Below are positions 36,411 to 49,750 of a stretch of DNA of 64,000 nucleotides, one piece after another. Origin of the DNA: Lama glama. Taxonomy: Eukaryota. Both the position numbers and the translations under genes were made by a program. The notes beneath the pieces are model-generated. The model was not told the DNA's origin. It saw only the letters and a program-made list of their open reading frames with translations, and ran no database searches. Every line of letters begins with the position of its first letter. Positions within the stretch are counted from its first letter, which is position 1. Location: assembly GCA_028534125.1 (NCBI GenBank), contig CM052852.1:84506001-84570000 (forward strand). The letters run 5' to 3'.

Positions 36411-39400
36411 TGGAGTGGGTGAAGGGTCCTCAAGTGCCACGTAAATTACTGGACGGCATATTTTGTGCCATGTTAATTCAGCAACTTCTTAAGGTAATCA
36501 GTTAACATGTTGAAACTGTACAGTGTTTTCTCTCTAAGCTGGGTACAGCTGATAAAATGACTTTCACATTTTCCCCAACTTGACGTCAGCCATGAAGACA
36601 GCTTTGCATTATTCCATGTGCACTGGGGCTACTGCTCACTACAGGCTGTGTCTTGAAGTACACCTTCCCTTATTCATTTTTGCCAAAGCCTTGACTCTGC
36701 GAAACACTGAAGACCACAGGGCCAGTCTAAGGGGAAACATGCCAAAGAGCCTAAAAAGCCCCAGAGGACGTTTTGTTGGCACCAGTTCACCCCATCACTC
36801 CCTGTCCTTCCAAGACTGGTTTGAATTCTTCTGGGAAATACAAATGGGAATTTGGCACCGGGACACACTTCCGCATCACTTTCTCCTGTCTCCCTGTCAA
36901 GTCTGGAACCAGAGGGATGGAGCAGCTTCATTACGTGACCAAGAAAGATGAGCTTTTATTTACCAAGGAGATGGCAATGCCCCAGGATCTCGGAGTCTGG
37001 CGGGAGATTGGGGAGGGAAGTGGAGAGAGTGGGCTGGGGATGGGCAATCGAGGTGCTCACCCAAGTGTCCTGCTTGCCTGCCTCCAGGGAAAGAGGCTTC
37101 GTGTGTGGAGGTCCTCTCCCCTAGCGGCACTGGTGGGGAGGACTGGAAGGAGGGGAGTTTTAGGGATGGAGAAGAGCGAAAGGGTGGGTAAAAAGACCCT
37201 TTGGAAATTCTCCTGTTTTGAACCCCCAAATCAGAATGTGTCATTATTAGAGTTAGACCATTTTCTTGCCGGGAAGAACCAGGCTTCTCATGCCCATCTG
37301 CTCATTTTCTAGAAAACCTCAGCCTAAGGCTTTGATCTGAATGCAGCTTTCCTGCTATCACTTGGTGACACTAGGTGTACAGGCCAGCTCCATTCTAAAT
37401 GCGGACCATGTGCAGCCCACAGAGAGGGCACCCAGGGTGTAGCTGGGGCCAGGATCTCAGAATCCCAGCAGCTGGAGCACCTTCCTGTCCAGGCTCCAAC
37501 CTAGGCCCACTGCTGGAGGTGGGGCTCAGTGACCAGGCCCCAGAAATGCAGTCAGCCCGCCTCCAGGGGTCTTAGTGGCCCTGCAGCCTGGTGAGCCAGG
37601 CTTTGTAACATGGTCAGCCACTGCTCTGGGCAAAGGCCCGTGATGGGCGAAGCAGCTCCTGATGCCGTCGTCTGCTAGAAGGGCGCTCCCTACCTCGGAA
37701 CACCATGGTACTCGCCAGCTCCCGAAGTCCTGCTGTGTGTATCTTTTCCCAGGATTTTCTTGTAACCACCTTGTGCATTAGACAGGGCAGCAATTGATTT
37801 CATTTAAGAGAAAAGCCCAGAAAGACGTCAGGCAGCTGCTTTGAAGTTTTCAAACTCTGATCTTGTTCACCCAAGGGGTCAAATGACATAAGCCACCTGG
37901 GACGGCAGGAGGCCAGCTGGCAGGGCTCTGCCCCTCCTACCCCTTTATCACAGTGGCTCCTCCTTATCCTGATATATACTGGTACTACTCATCCCATTAG
38001 CTGGCTGTCTGATGCTTGAAGAGATCCCCCACCCCTTGCAAGCCCAGGTCCCCGCAGGATGACATCTGGGAACCCAGACTCCGGGGATCCTTCTATGTGT
38101 TTCTCTCCAGAGCCAGGAGACCAGAGCAGAAGGGACTGGCCAAAAATGCCCAGGAGCTCTCAGAGCCTGTGGGGCAGGGCCGTGCAGGTGAGCTGGAGGC
38201 AGTGCTTGAAGAAACAGACAAGATAGCACCTGTGGCTGGCCAGAATCCAAGGGTATGAAGCGGCGGGAGTCTGGGACGACCACTTTTAGGTGCCTGGCTG
38301 CATTCTGAGCCTGGATGCTCGAAAAGTACCGCTTGGTGGAACTGGGCTGTCTTCACCAGAAAGCTCCAAATCAAGATAGTTTCGGGGAGGCTAGAGTGTA
38401 TGGGGTATAAAGGGAGCTGAACCCTTTCAGGTTATAGAGCACAGTGCTAGCACGTTGCCAAGCCCAAGGACGACCCCATACTTCTACCATGTTCATCGTC
38501 TTTATACACTCGGGCCTCAGGTCAAGCCCTATTCAAGCATTTGCATTAGATTGTGCCCACTTAAGTTTTAAATCGCCTTGCCTGGCTTTTGAGGGCTTCA
38601 TATGCTGATCCCACCCTTCCGTAGTCCTATATTTGCAAACCCAACACCGCTGCTTTTTACACACATTTCCTTTCTGCCCCCTTGCTATCCACATCTATCC
38701 CACTACCATCCCCAGACCACCGTTAGTCCCACCTCCCTGCCCTTACCCCTTCAATTCCAGACCAGCCAGGGCTCGACTAAGTGTGTGAAGCAACCTGTAG
38801 CACTCAGGGTACTAAGAGCCAGTGCTGGGTCCTGCCCACTAAGAGCTCATGAGAGAATTCCCCCTCCTCTGACCCACTTCTTGAGTCCACGGACTTTGTT
38901 CATCATCAGCCTACATCATCCTTGGTTTAACCAAGTCACTACTCACGGAGTAAGAACTCTTTGTTCAAAATGGATCATTCACACAGTCTAAGAAAGCAGT
39001 TTGCCTTTAGTTCTAGGAATTCACCCTTCTCACGACCCCGATTCTAAAGGGGAGTCCCAGTCCTCTGTTTCCCTCCCCGCAGTGAGTGACGCAGAGCTGG
39101 CAGTCCTTATTGGTCTTTGATGTCTCTCTGGACCTTGTATCAAGGTTGAGATCAAACACTAGTCTGAATACCCTTAGACTAGGAACTTCCCAAAGGTTTT
39201 CAGCACATACTGCCTGATGGGAATATTGTTCATGAAACAACAACAAAAGCCCCCAGGTTCTCCCACCTGCCCCTCCCCCACCCAGGGTAGGAAATGGCCA
39301 GTCAGAATTTGTCCCTAAAGCGCAGATTGTCTTCAGATGGTTTTTTCTAATGTGCACGAAGAGCAGTCCAGCAGGAGAAGCTGCTGTGGTACTCCCCCCG

Positions 39401-41929
39401 CCAGAGCAGTGCCTGTTACCTGGGTTCTTTGTGTCCAATCGCTAACGCAGGTGGAACTTTTAAGGTAGAACCTTGTCAAGGGCTCTTTGAGAAGCCCAGA
39501 TAACATTCACTGGGCCCCATTTATCCCAAGATGTATTTACCTCCTCACAAAGCTCCGGCTGATTAAGCAGATATGAATTTTCCCTACATAAACCATGGTA
39601 TTTTTCTCAACAGATTGTGTTCAGCAAGTTGACCCTTCCCAGCAACACAGCTGTCAAGGCATCCCCAGAGCCCTTTCACATAGGGTTACCCGAGGCTGTC
39701 CTGGGGAGGATGGACAGCATCATTTGACTTAATGTCGGTTCTTCAACAACCAGCAAGTAGAGACCACATGGTCCCCCTTGCACTGTCCTCCAAGCTCTTT
39801 CTGCTTTGAGGTTCACTGAGCAAGGAGCCACTATGTGACGTTACAGAACCTTCACATCAAGATTTGTCTCCAGGTGGTCCTTGACTCCCTGCCCTGTACT
39901 TGGGTCACCAAAGTCTACCAGTGTCTGCCATGACCCTTACCCTGCCCTTCAGCAGGACGCGGACAGCTCTACCTGTGCAAACACAAGCCCTGGCCCTTCC
40001 TGATGACTCGGACAACGCGGAACATGGGAAAAAAGGTGCTTGAAGGAAAAACGGCACTTGAGAGAAACAAACAGGCTCTTGTGGCAGACCGACCTCCACT
40101 CCAGATCCAGCCCATTTCTGACCTGTCACCACTTGGACGAGTTACCCATCTTCCGGTCCTTTGACACATCAACAAAATGGAAGGATTTCTCCTCGGGAGG
40201 ATCATGTGAGCCCATAGATGAGGCCCAGCTCGAGTGCCAGGCACACAGGTTCCTCCCGCCTGACTGCTCAGTTTTTTTACAGGTTTATTTACAGTAAGGA
40301 ACAGACTTATATACTCCTTATAAACAGTAAGGAGCTACTTTTCTTTTTACAGTAAATATGTCCAAACAGCTGCCCATTGCTGCTGCCAGACCTTGCTGCA
40401 AGTATTCAGAACTCAAACAGGAGAGTAAAAGACAATTTTTCCTTACATTTAAAAGAGACAAGAAAACAGGGGCACTAAAGATTACTTTAAAGGCCAATGT
40501 AGAGTTGAGGCCCTGGTGTGTGTTTAGGAAAATCGCCTGCTGACCATGATTTTCTTTGTGGCCAACCTGGTACCCAGTGCCACGTGTGGTGAGTCACCAA
40601 GAACAGCGGGTTACAGTCAGCTTGGGATTGTTGATGGTGGTGCAGAAAAGCAAGTCACAGGCAGTGGTAAATCTAAGAAATTCTATCTGGAGTGCATTTT
40701 ATATGTGCTGTGTGTGTAATTTTTTTCTTGGCAGAACTTATCTTCCTAATTGTGTTTCCTTTAGGCTATTATTAAAATTAGTCTGCGTTCCCTAAGCACA
40801 CACCACCGGCAACAGACAGTATCTAGCCTAGAGGGTAAGGTCTACCTGGGAGTTAAAGTGTTTGAAAATACACGAACACACCTCTGTGTGTACACAGGAT
40901 CGCATGTATATACACACAAACACAGGACTTCCAACCCTGTCTTGTAAGAAACACAATAGCATACAGTGGGGCAAGGAAGTTGTTGCAAAACTTCCTCAAA
41001 GCTCAGAGAGCTTTGACCAAAGTCCGTAAGACCATAAATGCTTTCGAAAGGCACCTTGGGTCATCAGACATGCGCTGTTTCTTCAATTCTTTAACTATAC
41101 CTGTCACCTTTCAGCAGCTTTGACCTGGTAGGATTGAAAATCTTTTTCTTTTCAACAATCCTGTACTTTTCCCCCCCAGAATTCCTAACTTTTAAGAAAT
41201 GTCAAAAGTAGAAGGAAATGGGCATTTTGTTCCAGACATGGACAACTCATGCTAAGAAATGGATTCCTGTGGTTTTTACTTATTAATACTGAATTTAGAC
41301 GTGACTTCAAAGAGTGATGAGTGAAAATTCAATTTTACATGAAAACTGAACTTGGACATTTACATATCCTGATGATTCGACCACCGGGCAGCTAATTGAT
41401 GAGGTAAGCCAGACAATTGCCACACATTTTCCTAATACTCTCATTGGCATCCTACACGGCGGTTGATACTGCTTCAAGGCATTTGGGCTTGAGGAAACAT
41501 TAAGAGTACTTTAATAGAATGAGTCGATTCCGAGGCATAGCATTTCCTTTGAACCTTTTCCAAGCATTAACATTGCTATCGATGTGCTGTATTCTAAGAG
41601 GATCTTCCCAATCGCTTTGGCCAATGTGTTCTTCACTGGTGATGATATGGACACAAGGTACCAAAAATGAACATTCACACCCACAGAGAGAATGCTAATT
41701 GGGCATTCCGGGATTACAGCACTAATATGCCAAATTGTTCTTCGTTTCATTCCATGTTTGTTTCTTGAAAAATTACCTAATCTTGGCCAAAATGCTACAA
41801 AGATCCAAACTGTGACAGCACAGAGAAGCCATGACTTTAGAACAAGAATCCTTATCTTTAGGAACTCTTCCTCCTCAATATTTTTTTTAAAGTTCACCTA
41901 AACAATATACAACATTACTGAGCATATGC

Positions 41930-42140
41930 TACCTTTCATATAAAAAAAAAAAGTCTGAAAGAAAAATCTCTGTTCATATTTGCTTGTATATGTTCAGCGA
42001 AACTTTGAAAGATGTTTATCTAGGCTGTAGGGGGTAACTGGGCCAATGGATGCAGGAACAGGACAGAAACTATCACTCTACCTTTACAGTATGTGTTTTG
42101 GTTTTTAAACCTTGTCAATGTATTACCTACTTAAAAACTA
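41930..42140 (+). mobile_element. Ancient L1ME-like 3' end
   Basis: aaaaaagtctgaaagaaaa...tttttaaacc.tgt.aatgtattacctacttaaaaa. Confidence 0.5.
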
Positions 42141-43208
42141 AATTAGACATGCAAATGTTAAATGGCATTTGCTTTACCGACGGACTGGAGTTCCTATATT
42201 ACATGTTATCCTCTAGGTATTTTTCACATATAGAAATAGGATTTTTAGAAGAAAATAATTAGGAGTTTAAAAGTAGAAACTCAATTTTTAAAGTGTATCA
42301 TGGAGATATATATATCATGGCCAAATTATATTTTCCCCACTAAGTTCTAAGGTAGAAGAATTTTCTCAGTTTAGTGCTTTTTTTCTTATTTCAAAACAGA
42401 CAAAGTTGTATTTGGTAGTTTAGTGTTTGCTCGAGAGCAAGGACACACACACACAGAAGCCTCCTGTGGAAGATACGGTCATTAACACACTACATTTTAG
42501 CCCTGCAAATAGATATATTCTGTCAACTCAAAAGGGGAAGAATTTTGTGTAGCACCATCTATATCTATTTTTATAGTGGTTCTGTAATCACATGTGATAA
42601 ATTTTACTTAAAATTGTTAAGTGTTAATTTTTGTTAAAAAAAATTAAATCTAAACTGTTAGGTTTCTAACACTCAGGAACCAAAGTTCAAAAATGTTAAG
42701 TCAATTCTTTGTACTTTTTCTTTTATCAAAATAGCAGGTGCCAATTACTAACTCTTTTTGAAATAAAATATAAATCTAAGAGTCAAAATGTTGTCCCTTA
42801 AGGTACAGAGTGGGTGAAGTGTTTGAAAGAAAAATAATTCATGAATGACTCTGTAAAGCTAAACCCTTCACATGCAATTAACTGAGACTTTGGAAAAGTC
42901 AGGTTTCCTCACCCGGCTTTTCTTCTACCTCCCTCATATTCTGAACTCTTAAGGTTTTAAAATATTCAACTTGCCTTTATTCTTGTTTGAGGGAGGCCGG
43001 AGCGGGCGTGGGGGGATGGGGTGAGCCTGCCAGCTGGTCAGAAGCCAAGAGTTATCCAGTCAGACCTGAATGGAAAAATCTATGATTTGTTTATTTCTTA
43101 GTTCGAATTCAAAAGCAAGAGACAATTTAAATAATAAAAGGGTAACAGGGAAAAAAATGCAAAGAAAGAAAACAAATCAGTTAGACTCCAGAAGAACCTT
43201 CAAGAATA

Positions 43209-43214
43209 TTTAAT
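43209..43214 (-). terminator. Candidate distal poly(A) signal ATTAAA of GPC4
   Basis: Minus strand reads ccgaATTAAAtattcttgaagg, followed ~30 nt later by a strong U-rich element (tttgttttctttctttgcattttttt). Confidence 0.55.
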
Positions 43215-43236
43215 TCGGAAAATGTTATTGGTTTCA

Positions 43237-43767
43237 NNNNNNNNNNNNNNNNNNNNNNNNNNNNNNNNNNNNNNNNNNNNNNNNNNNNNNNNNNNNNNNN
43301 NNNNNNNNNNNNNNNNNNNNNNNNNNNNNNNNNNNNNNNNNNNNNNNNNNNNNNNNNNNNNNNNNNNNNNNNNNNNNNNNNNNNNNNNNNNNNNNNNNNN
43401 NNNNNNNNNNNNNNNNNNNNNNNNNNNNNNNNNNNNNNNNNNNNNNNNNNNNNNNNNNNNNNNNCAATCAATTTTTCCTCATACATAAATGGAGCGCCTT
43501 TTCAATTTTNNNNNNNNNNNNNNNNNNNNNNNNNNNNNNNNNNNNNNNNNNNNNNNNNNNNNNNNNNNNNNNNNNNNNNNNNNNNNNNNNNNNNNNNNNN
43601 NNNNNNNNNNNNNNNNNNNNNNNNNNNNNNNNNNNNNNNNNNNNNNNNNNNNNNNNNNNNNNNNNNNNNNNNNNNNNNNNNNNNNNNNNNNNNNNNNNNN
43701 NNNNNNNNNNNNNNNNNNNNNNNNNNNNNNNNNNNNNNNNNNNNNNNNNNNNNNNNNNNNNNNNNNN
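43237..43767. other. Two N-runs in the GPC4 3' UTR (43237-43464, 43510-43767)
   Basis: Directly visible; 228 and 258 nt, around a 45-nt island. Confidence 0.99.
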
Positions 43768-44976
43768 AAGATCGAACAATAACACAAACAACCTCTCCTG
43801 TGGGTTTCAGCTTCTGTAGCGTTGGCTGGGATGGTAATGGCTGTCTAAAGCAGGAAGAGACTTGCAGAAATTTTCTTCTTTCTGAAGACTTCTGGGAACT
43901 CCGTTTAAAGTGATCTGTTACATTCTCATGGTTTTATGAGCCGTCATTTGGAAAGGATGCAAGGAAAGGGCTCCTACGGGACCAAGGCAGTGGTTCGTCT
44001 TTGGCCTGGGGCAAGAGATGCCTACGCTAGTTCACCGACGTGGCTGAGGGCCACCACTAAGATGGAGGCTTCTCAGCGTTATCCTACTCCCACTCCTCCC
44101 CCACCCCCCCAAAGAAACCCCAACAACACATTAAAATAATCAGGACACTCAGCTCTCCCCAGGTGGGCTGCCTGGCTGCTGGTTAGCACACAGCTGTGAG
44201 CCACGCACGGCAGGTCACTTGCCTTCCTTATCAGAGGGGGCTGGGCAAGAAAAAGACTCAAATAAGAACACCTTAGCATCCTTTTAAAAACCTGGGATCC
44301 AAAACCAAATGCAAATACACACACACAGACAAAACCTTTGCTATTTTTGACAGCTATTTTCTGAGCCCAGGCTGTACTCTAATTCTGGCTAGGCCCCGGA
44401 CAGCCAGCATGACCGGGTTTGAAATCTGGAACAAGAGGGACCAAAGGAGATTGCTGGTCACTTATTTCTGCCGTGGGGATATTAATCCAAAGAGGGTCAA
44501 GTGTGGACGTGAAGACCAGCACACAGCGGCTTGCTAATGTGCCTGGATTGAAAAAAGCCAAACCCAACCCACCCTAAACTAAGTGTGAACATGTGATAAC
44601 TGGGATATGCTGAATGCCTTATGTCTTTCTAGGGAGAATGCATTAAGAATCTTCTAGATGGGTTACACTTTAAGTATAAGTGGCTTCAAGAAATGGATCT
44701 ATCGCTATGTGATCTTAGTTTATGCAATTCGACTCAACCAAAATGAGTAGTCTGCAGTCTCAGTCTCTTCCAGTCACCAGCTATAAATGAAGTATAACCT
44801 TCTTCTGTACTGATGCTCGAATACAACCTGACAAAGGGCTCAGAAGTCCCCCTGTGCCTTCACATTCTGTTCTAACAATAAAAATAAAAAAACACAAAAT
44901 CAGCTCCTCTCCTCTCCAGATAAGGCAACTAAAACAACAGGGATCAATGGCAATTTTACTGCTTGTTGGGCTTTCT

Positions 44977-44982
44977 TTTAAT
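44977..44982 (-). terminator. Candidate proximal poly(A) signal ATTAAA of GPC4
   Basis: Plus-strand tttaat; a second ATTAAA lies at 45022-45027, with TGTA motifs upstream and GT/T-rich sequence downstream on the minus strand (~44930-44870). Confidence 0.6.
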
Positions 44983-45442
44983 AAGATAACGTGATAAATA
45001 AAGCCTGCTTCTGTACAGCTATTTAATATTTCAGAAATACGTACATGTTACATGCCAAGAAAGGACCCTGGTTTGCTTGTAAGAAACAAGGTGAGATCAT
45101 ATGGAAGGGAAAAAACCCACAAACAAAAAGAAAAAAACAAACAAACAGAGTGATAAAAATCACAAATGCACAACTAACTACAGTTTCTGTACCTACACTG
45201 TTAGCCACAGTTAACATGATTCTGGGGGAGCAGGAACTGACTTTATGTGCAAGTCCCTTCCCCCACCGCGAAACTGAATGAAAAAAACAAAGTCAGCATC
45301 TTTTAAACCAGTGGCCACATAGTAAAAACTGTACATTGTTGTCCATTCATTTAAAAAGCAAAGTCACTAGGATGGTATAAAAGTGATAATCGGTGCCTTT
45401 TTAACTTTTTGATGATGAACACTTTTTCTCTAAGGTTGAGAA

Positions 45443-45645
45443 TTATCTCCACTCTCTCTGCATTACCAGGAACAAGATGCAGAAGACAATGAGGAGGTAG
45501 GGCTGTGCCCCAGGGGGGGCACCAGCACTGCTGGCTTTATCGTTGGCATTCTTCCCAGAGTGGTCAGTTGTGTTGTACTCAAACTCCGAAGGGCACTGCT
45601 GATACTCACATCCACTACCACTTCCTTCTCCACTGCTTTCATCAC
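45443..45645 (-). CDS. GPC4: Glypican-4 terminal coding exon 9 (203 nt to the TAA stop)
   Basis: [67 protein letters not shown]. Contains the acidic Ser-Gly heparan-sulfate attachment cluster, an NTT N-glycosylation sequon and a GPI-anchor signal with hydrophobic tail. tag|GT acceptor after a 94-nt intron. Confidence 0.97.
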
Positions 45646-45739
45646 CTATTTTGGAAAAAGAGTGAAACAGAGATTTCATTCTCGTTCTCATCACAAGTTG
45701 TACAAGAACAATTCGTACTTTCGAAGCACAGATGCTTAC

Positions 45740-45915
45740 TGATGTCAAAGAAGTCCACATCATTCCCATTGTAAGCATTCTTCATTTTACTGGTCATAAC
45801 TCGAAGAGCCATGATTTGACGAAGGATCAGGATGTCTGGTTTGCTGGTGTCAACCTGGACCTCTGGATTATTGCCCTGGTTAGCTAATCCGTTTCCTGTC
45901 ACCGCAAACAGGTAC
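45740..45915 (-). CDS. GPC4: Glypican-4 coding exon 8 (176 nt)
   Basis: [58 protein letters not shown]; cag|G acceptor, A|gtaagc donor. Confidence 0.97.
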
Positions 45916-46376
45916 CTGAAATGTGAGAAAGGGCCCCATTAAGATGATCAGGAAAACAGAAAGTTACAGAAGCTCATCAAAGATCTCTGCCTAGATTCTA
46001 GAATCTCCACTGAGCACAATTAATGGCAAGGGCTTCCATTTCGAAGAATCCGAATTTCTTCTCTTCCCGGGTACACATCTTGTGTCTCTAATCTGATTGT
46101 GACCTTTTTGAAAGCTATCCATTTTGCAGAGGTTGGTGGGTCAGAGTACTGATCTAAGGTACTAGGACGGGAGGGCCACAGAGCATCATCAAGTCAGAGA
46201 ATGAGACAGCTTTGAGAACTGGTACTTGATGAGGCCAAGCCATCAGGCAAAAGACCACAGGTATTAAACCATAAAACTAAGGACACTATTAGAACAAACT
46301 TCTGCCCCAGTACTCTTTGCAAATAGCTGGATGTCTTCCCAGTACTTCTCTGGCCAGCCCTTCCATGTTGTTGCTA

Positions 46377-46676
<300 letters not shown>

Positions 46677-47063
46677 CTACCTACAGATGTGCCCTTTGAT
46701 CATTTCTGAAGCATCCCCAGAGTACCTCTTTAGTCACAAGAGAAAAATGCAGATCAAATTTATCCACAAATGTATCAAATCACCTAAGTGAATTAGTAGT
46801 TGAAATGCAAGCTCTGAAGAAGTTGCCTAGATCCACTCTACCTCCTCATTAGAACTACCATCTGAGGCCCATGAGGTCCCAGGCCCCGGGGATACAATGA
46901 TAAGATGCAGTCTCTCCTCTCAGGGCTTTTATAACTCAGGGTCTAATTTACAGGTTACCCAGCCGGTGAAACAAAAGGCAGGCGTTCTGATAAGCCTCAT
47001 TGCACCTCATTTCCTTGACTACGGATGAACTTTCTGAGCCAGGAAATCAGAGAGGCAGACTCA

Positions 47064-47562
<499 letters not shown>

Positions 47563-49059
47563 CTAACGTGAGGTTTGCGGAAGAACAACACAGCATGAAA
47601 AATAAATTGTTAGTTTGGCCTTGGGTAATCAGTCTGGTTATTTTACTCTCTGTTTCCCGTGGAGGGCACTCGGGGGAAGGCATGATCGTCATTAACTCAT
47701 GCTTTTATATCTATTTCTATTACACAAAACCGCATCCAGTCAGTATATACCACTAGCTCTCTGGTGTGCAGTGGCCAGATGAAGGCTTTAATCCACAGCA
47801 AGGAAACCCAATCAGGAATCTCGGAACACACTGATCACCCATCCCCCCGTGTGTCAGTGGCTGTCACTATCTGGCTCAGAGCTAGCTCCCAGCTGACAAA
47901 CCCAAGGCTGGAAATGAAAGAAGTCTCCAGAGACTTCCACGGACCTTTCATTTCATGTTCCATTTACAAGAGTCAAAAACATAAATCAGTGAGAAATCCT
48001 GGCATACCAATTCTTTTCCTTCATTTTTTAATGAAATCCTTTCAGATCCTTGAGGGCGCAGTTAGAAAATACAAATGAAAGTGTTCCAAGGAATTAAATG
48101 ACTCCAAATAATGAAAATTTGCAGAAATTTTTATATTAAGATAAACTTCCCATTTCAGATACAAGGGCCGTGAGTTATTTTAAAGTAAAACATGTCCCTC
48201 TTTTTGTTCAAGTGAAGACAGCCCAAGACAGTATGCAAAAACCATGTGCTCACAGTGTGTGTCTTCACTAATTACTCTGCAAATCACTTTCACATTTTGG
48301 AGGAGTCTAGAGGTTTCCGGTAGACACTGAATCTCTCAAACAGAATGCACCATACTGGTTTCCTTGCCATCCATGGTTGTTAGGATTATTTTTAATTATT
48401 TCATTAAAATATTATTTAATTATTTTAAAGTATTTTTTGCTTGATACCTATGGTGAAAAATTAGAAGAAATCACCAGTGTCATGTCCAAATGAGAAAAAG
48501 GATGCTTCATTCCCGACAAACAAGAAACTTTCACCTTGCTCTCCCCGCTTCAAGGATAATTAGGCCCACATTATCCCCAGCCTTCAGGTTGTGTCCAAGG
48601 ACAGCTGCCAGAAAGAAAGGCTAGTTTCTAGAAGACTGTGTGTCCTTCTCAAAGACCAGTGCGGGCCACACCTAAGCTCTCTTGTGGAAAGGGGTTCCAT
48701 CATATGCATATCAATGAACCCAAATTACATCATCAAACTTTCACCTTCAACCTAGAGCCAATGCAACCCACCATTTTAAAGCATGGGGTCATTTTTCTCA
48801 ACTATCATTCCTGATGTCACAAACTACAAATAGATTTCCGTGAAACGCAATTTTTGAAAAAAAAAGTAATAACAAATGAAGTTTCACATGGCATTGTGGG
48901 AAGCGCCAATAAAGTGATGCTTCCAATCTCTAAGGGAAGGCTGCCAGCATGAATATACACCATTGTGCTAGAGGAGAGAAAAAACGCTTTTGATGTGCTA
49001 GCAAAAGGAGGCTGGTAAACAAGGGAGCACAACTCAAACGTGTTCATCATTGTCAAAGC

Positions 49060-49750
49060 ATCAGGGCTGCTGCGGACAGAAAGCACATTCCTTCGGAGCC
49101 GAGAAGTCGCTGGCTCCAAGTAAACATATTATGAAGAGACAGATCATAAACAGCCCGAACGCTGAAGTTTAAGCCAGAAAAAACCCCGCACATTTTGTCA
49201 CTACTTATTCCCCCAGTGGCAAGAAAAGCCGGATCACTAACGTGTTTGTGAAAGACTGAAAGGGAACATAAACCCCGATTCTTTTGGCTGCTTGGCGTCT
49301 TTGTAAACTCAGAGCTGACCGGCCGTACACAAGGGCCTGGGAATGGAGAGGGAAGCCGGGCCTTTGTCCGGGCGGGTGCCATGGCGTTGCGTGTCGCACG
49401 GCTGAAGAATGCGAATCAGGGTGTGTTCTGCCCGGAGCCTGCAGCCAGGGAGAGGGGCTGCGGCTCAGCCCTGATTAGAAGTCCCAAGAGAAATCCAGCG
49501 ATGGCTGGTTTGGTGTTTTTCCTTCAGACGGATCTAGGCTGCAGGTCTCTCTTCAAGGGAGAGCTGACTGGCTCCTGCCTCCTGCCAGGAACTGGCTGGC
49601 GTCCTGGCCAGCAATCCCCATCCCCTAATACTGAATTCCTGCTGGCAGCGCCACGTGACATTAACAAGGTTGGCTGGGAGTCAAACAAACACAACTCCAG
49701 CATGCGATGGAGAACCAGTTGCACCTACGCATAATTTATGATTCTCCAGA
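49060..49750. promoter_or_regulatory. CpG-enriched segment in GPC4 intron 4 (candidate intronic enhancer)
   Basis: Locally CpG-rich, no recognisable repeats; USF/TFE-type GTCACGTGG on the minus strand at 49651-49659. Confidence 0.4.

Larger units (their letters stand above)
43190..45442 (-). other. GPC4: GPC4 3' UTR (to the candidate distal poly(A) site)
   Basis: Directly follows the stop codon; no recognisable transposons; U/UUUG-rich on the mRNA strand (45108-45160); ends at ATTAAA plus a U-rich element. Interrupted by two N-runs. Confidence 0.65.

Noticed and set aside
43181-43790. AT-rich flanks and the 45-nt island around the UTR N-runs as a possible foreign or viral insert
   Set aside because: Translations give no recognisable protein, and the flank is well explained as a poly(A) signal plus U-rich downstream element of GPC4.
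48525-48747. 13-bp direct repeat aaactttcacctt, 210 bp apart
   Set aside because: No A tail or TE between the copies; a match this size is plausible by chance in 64 kb.
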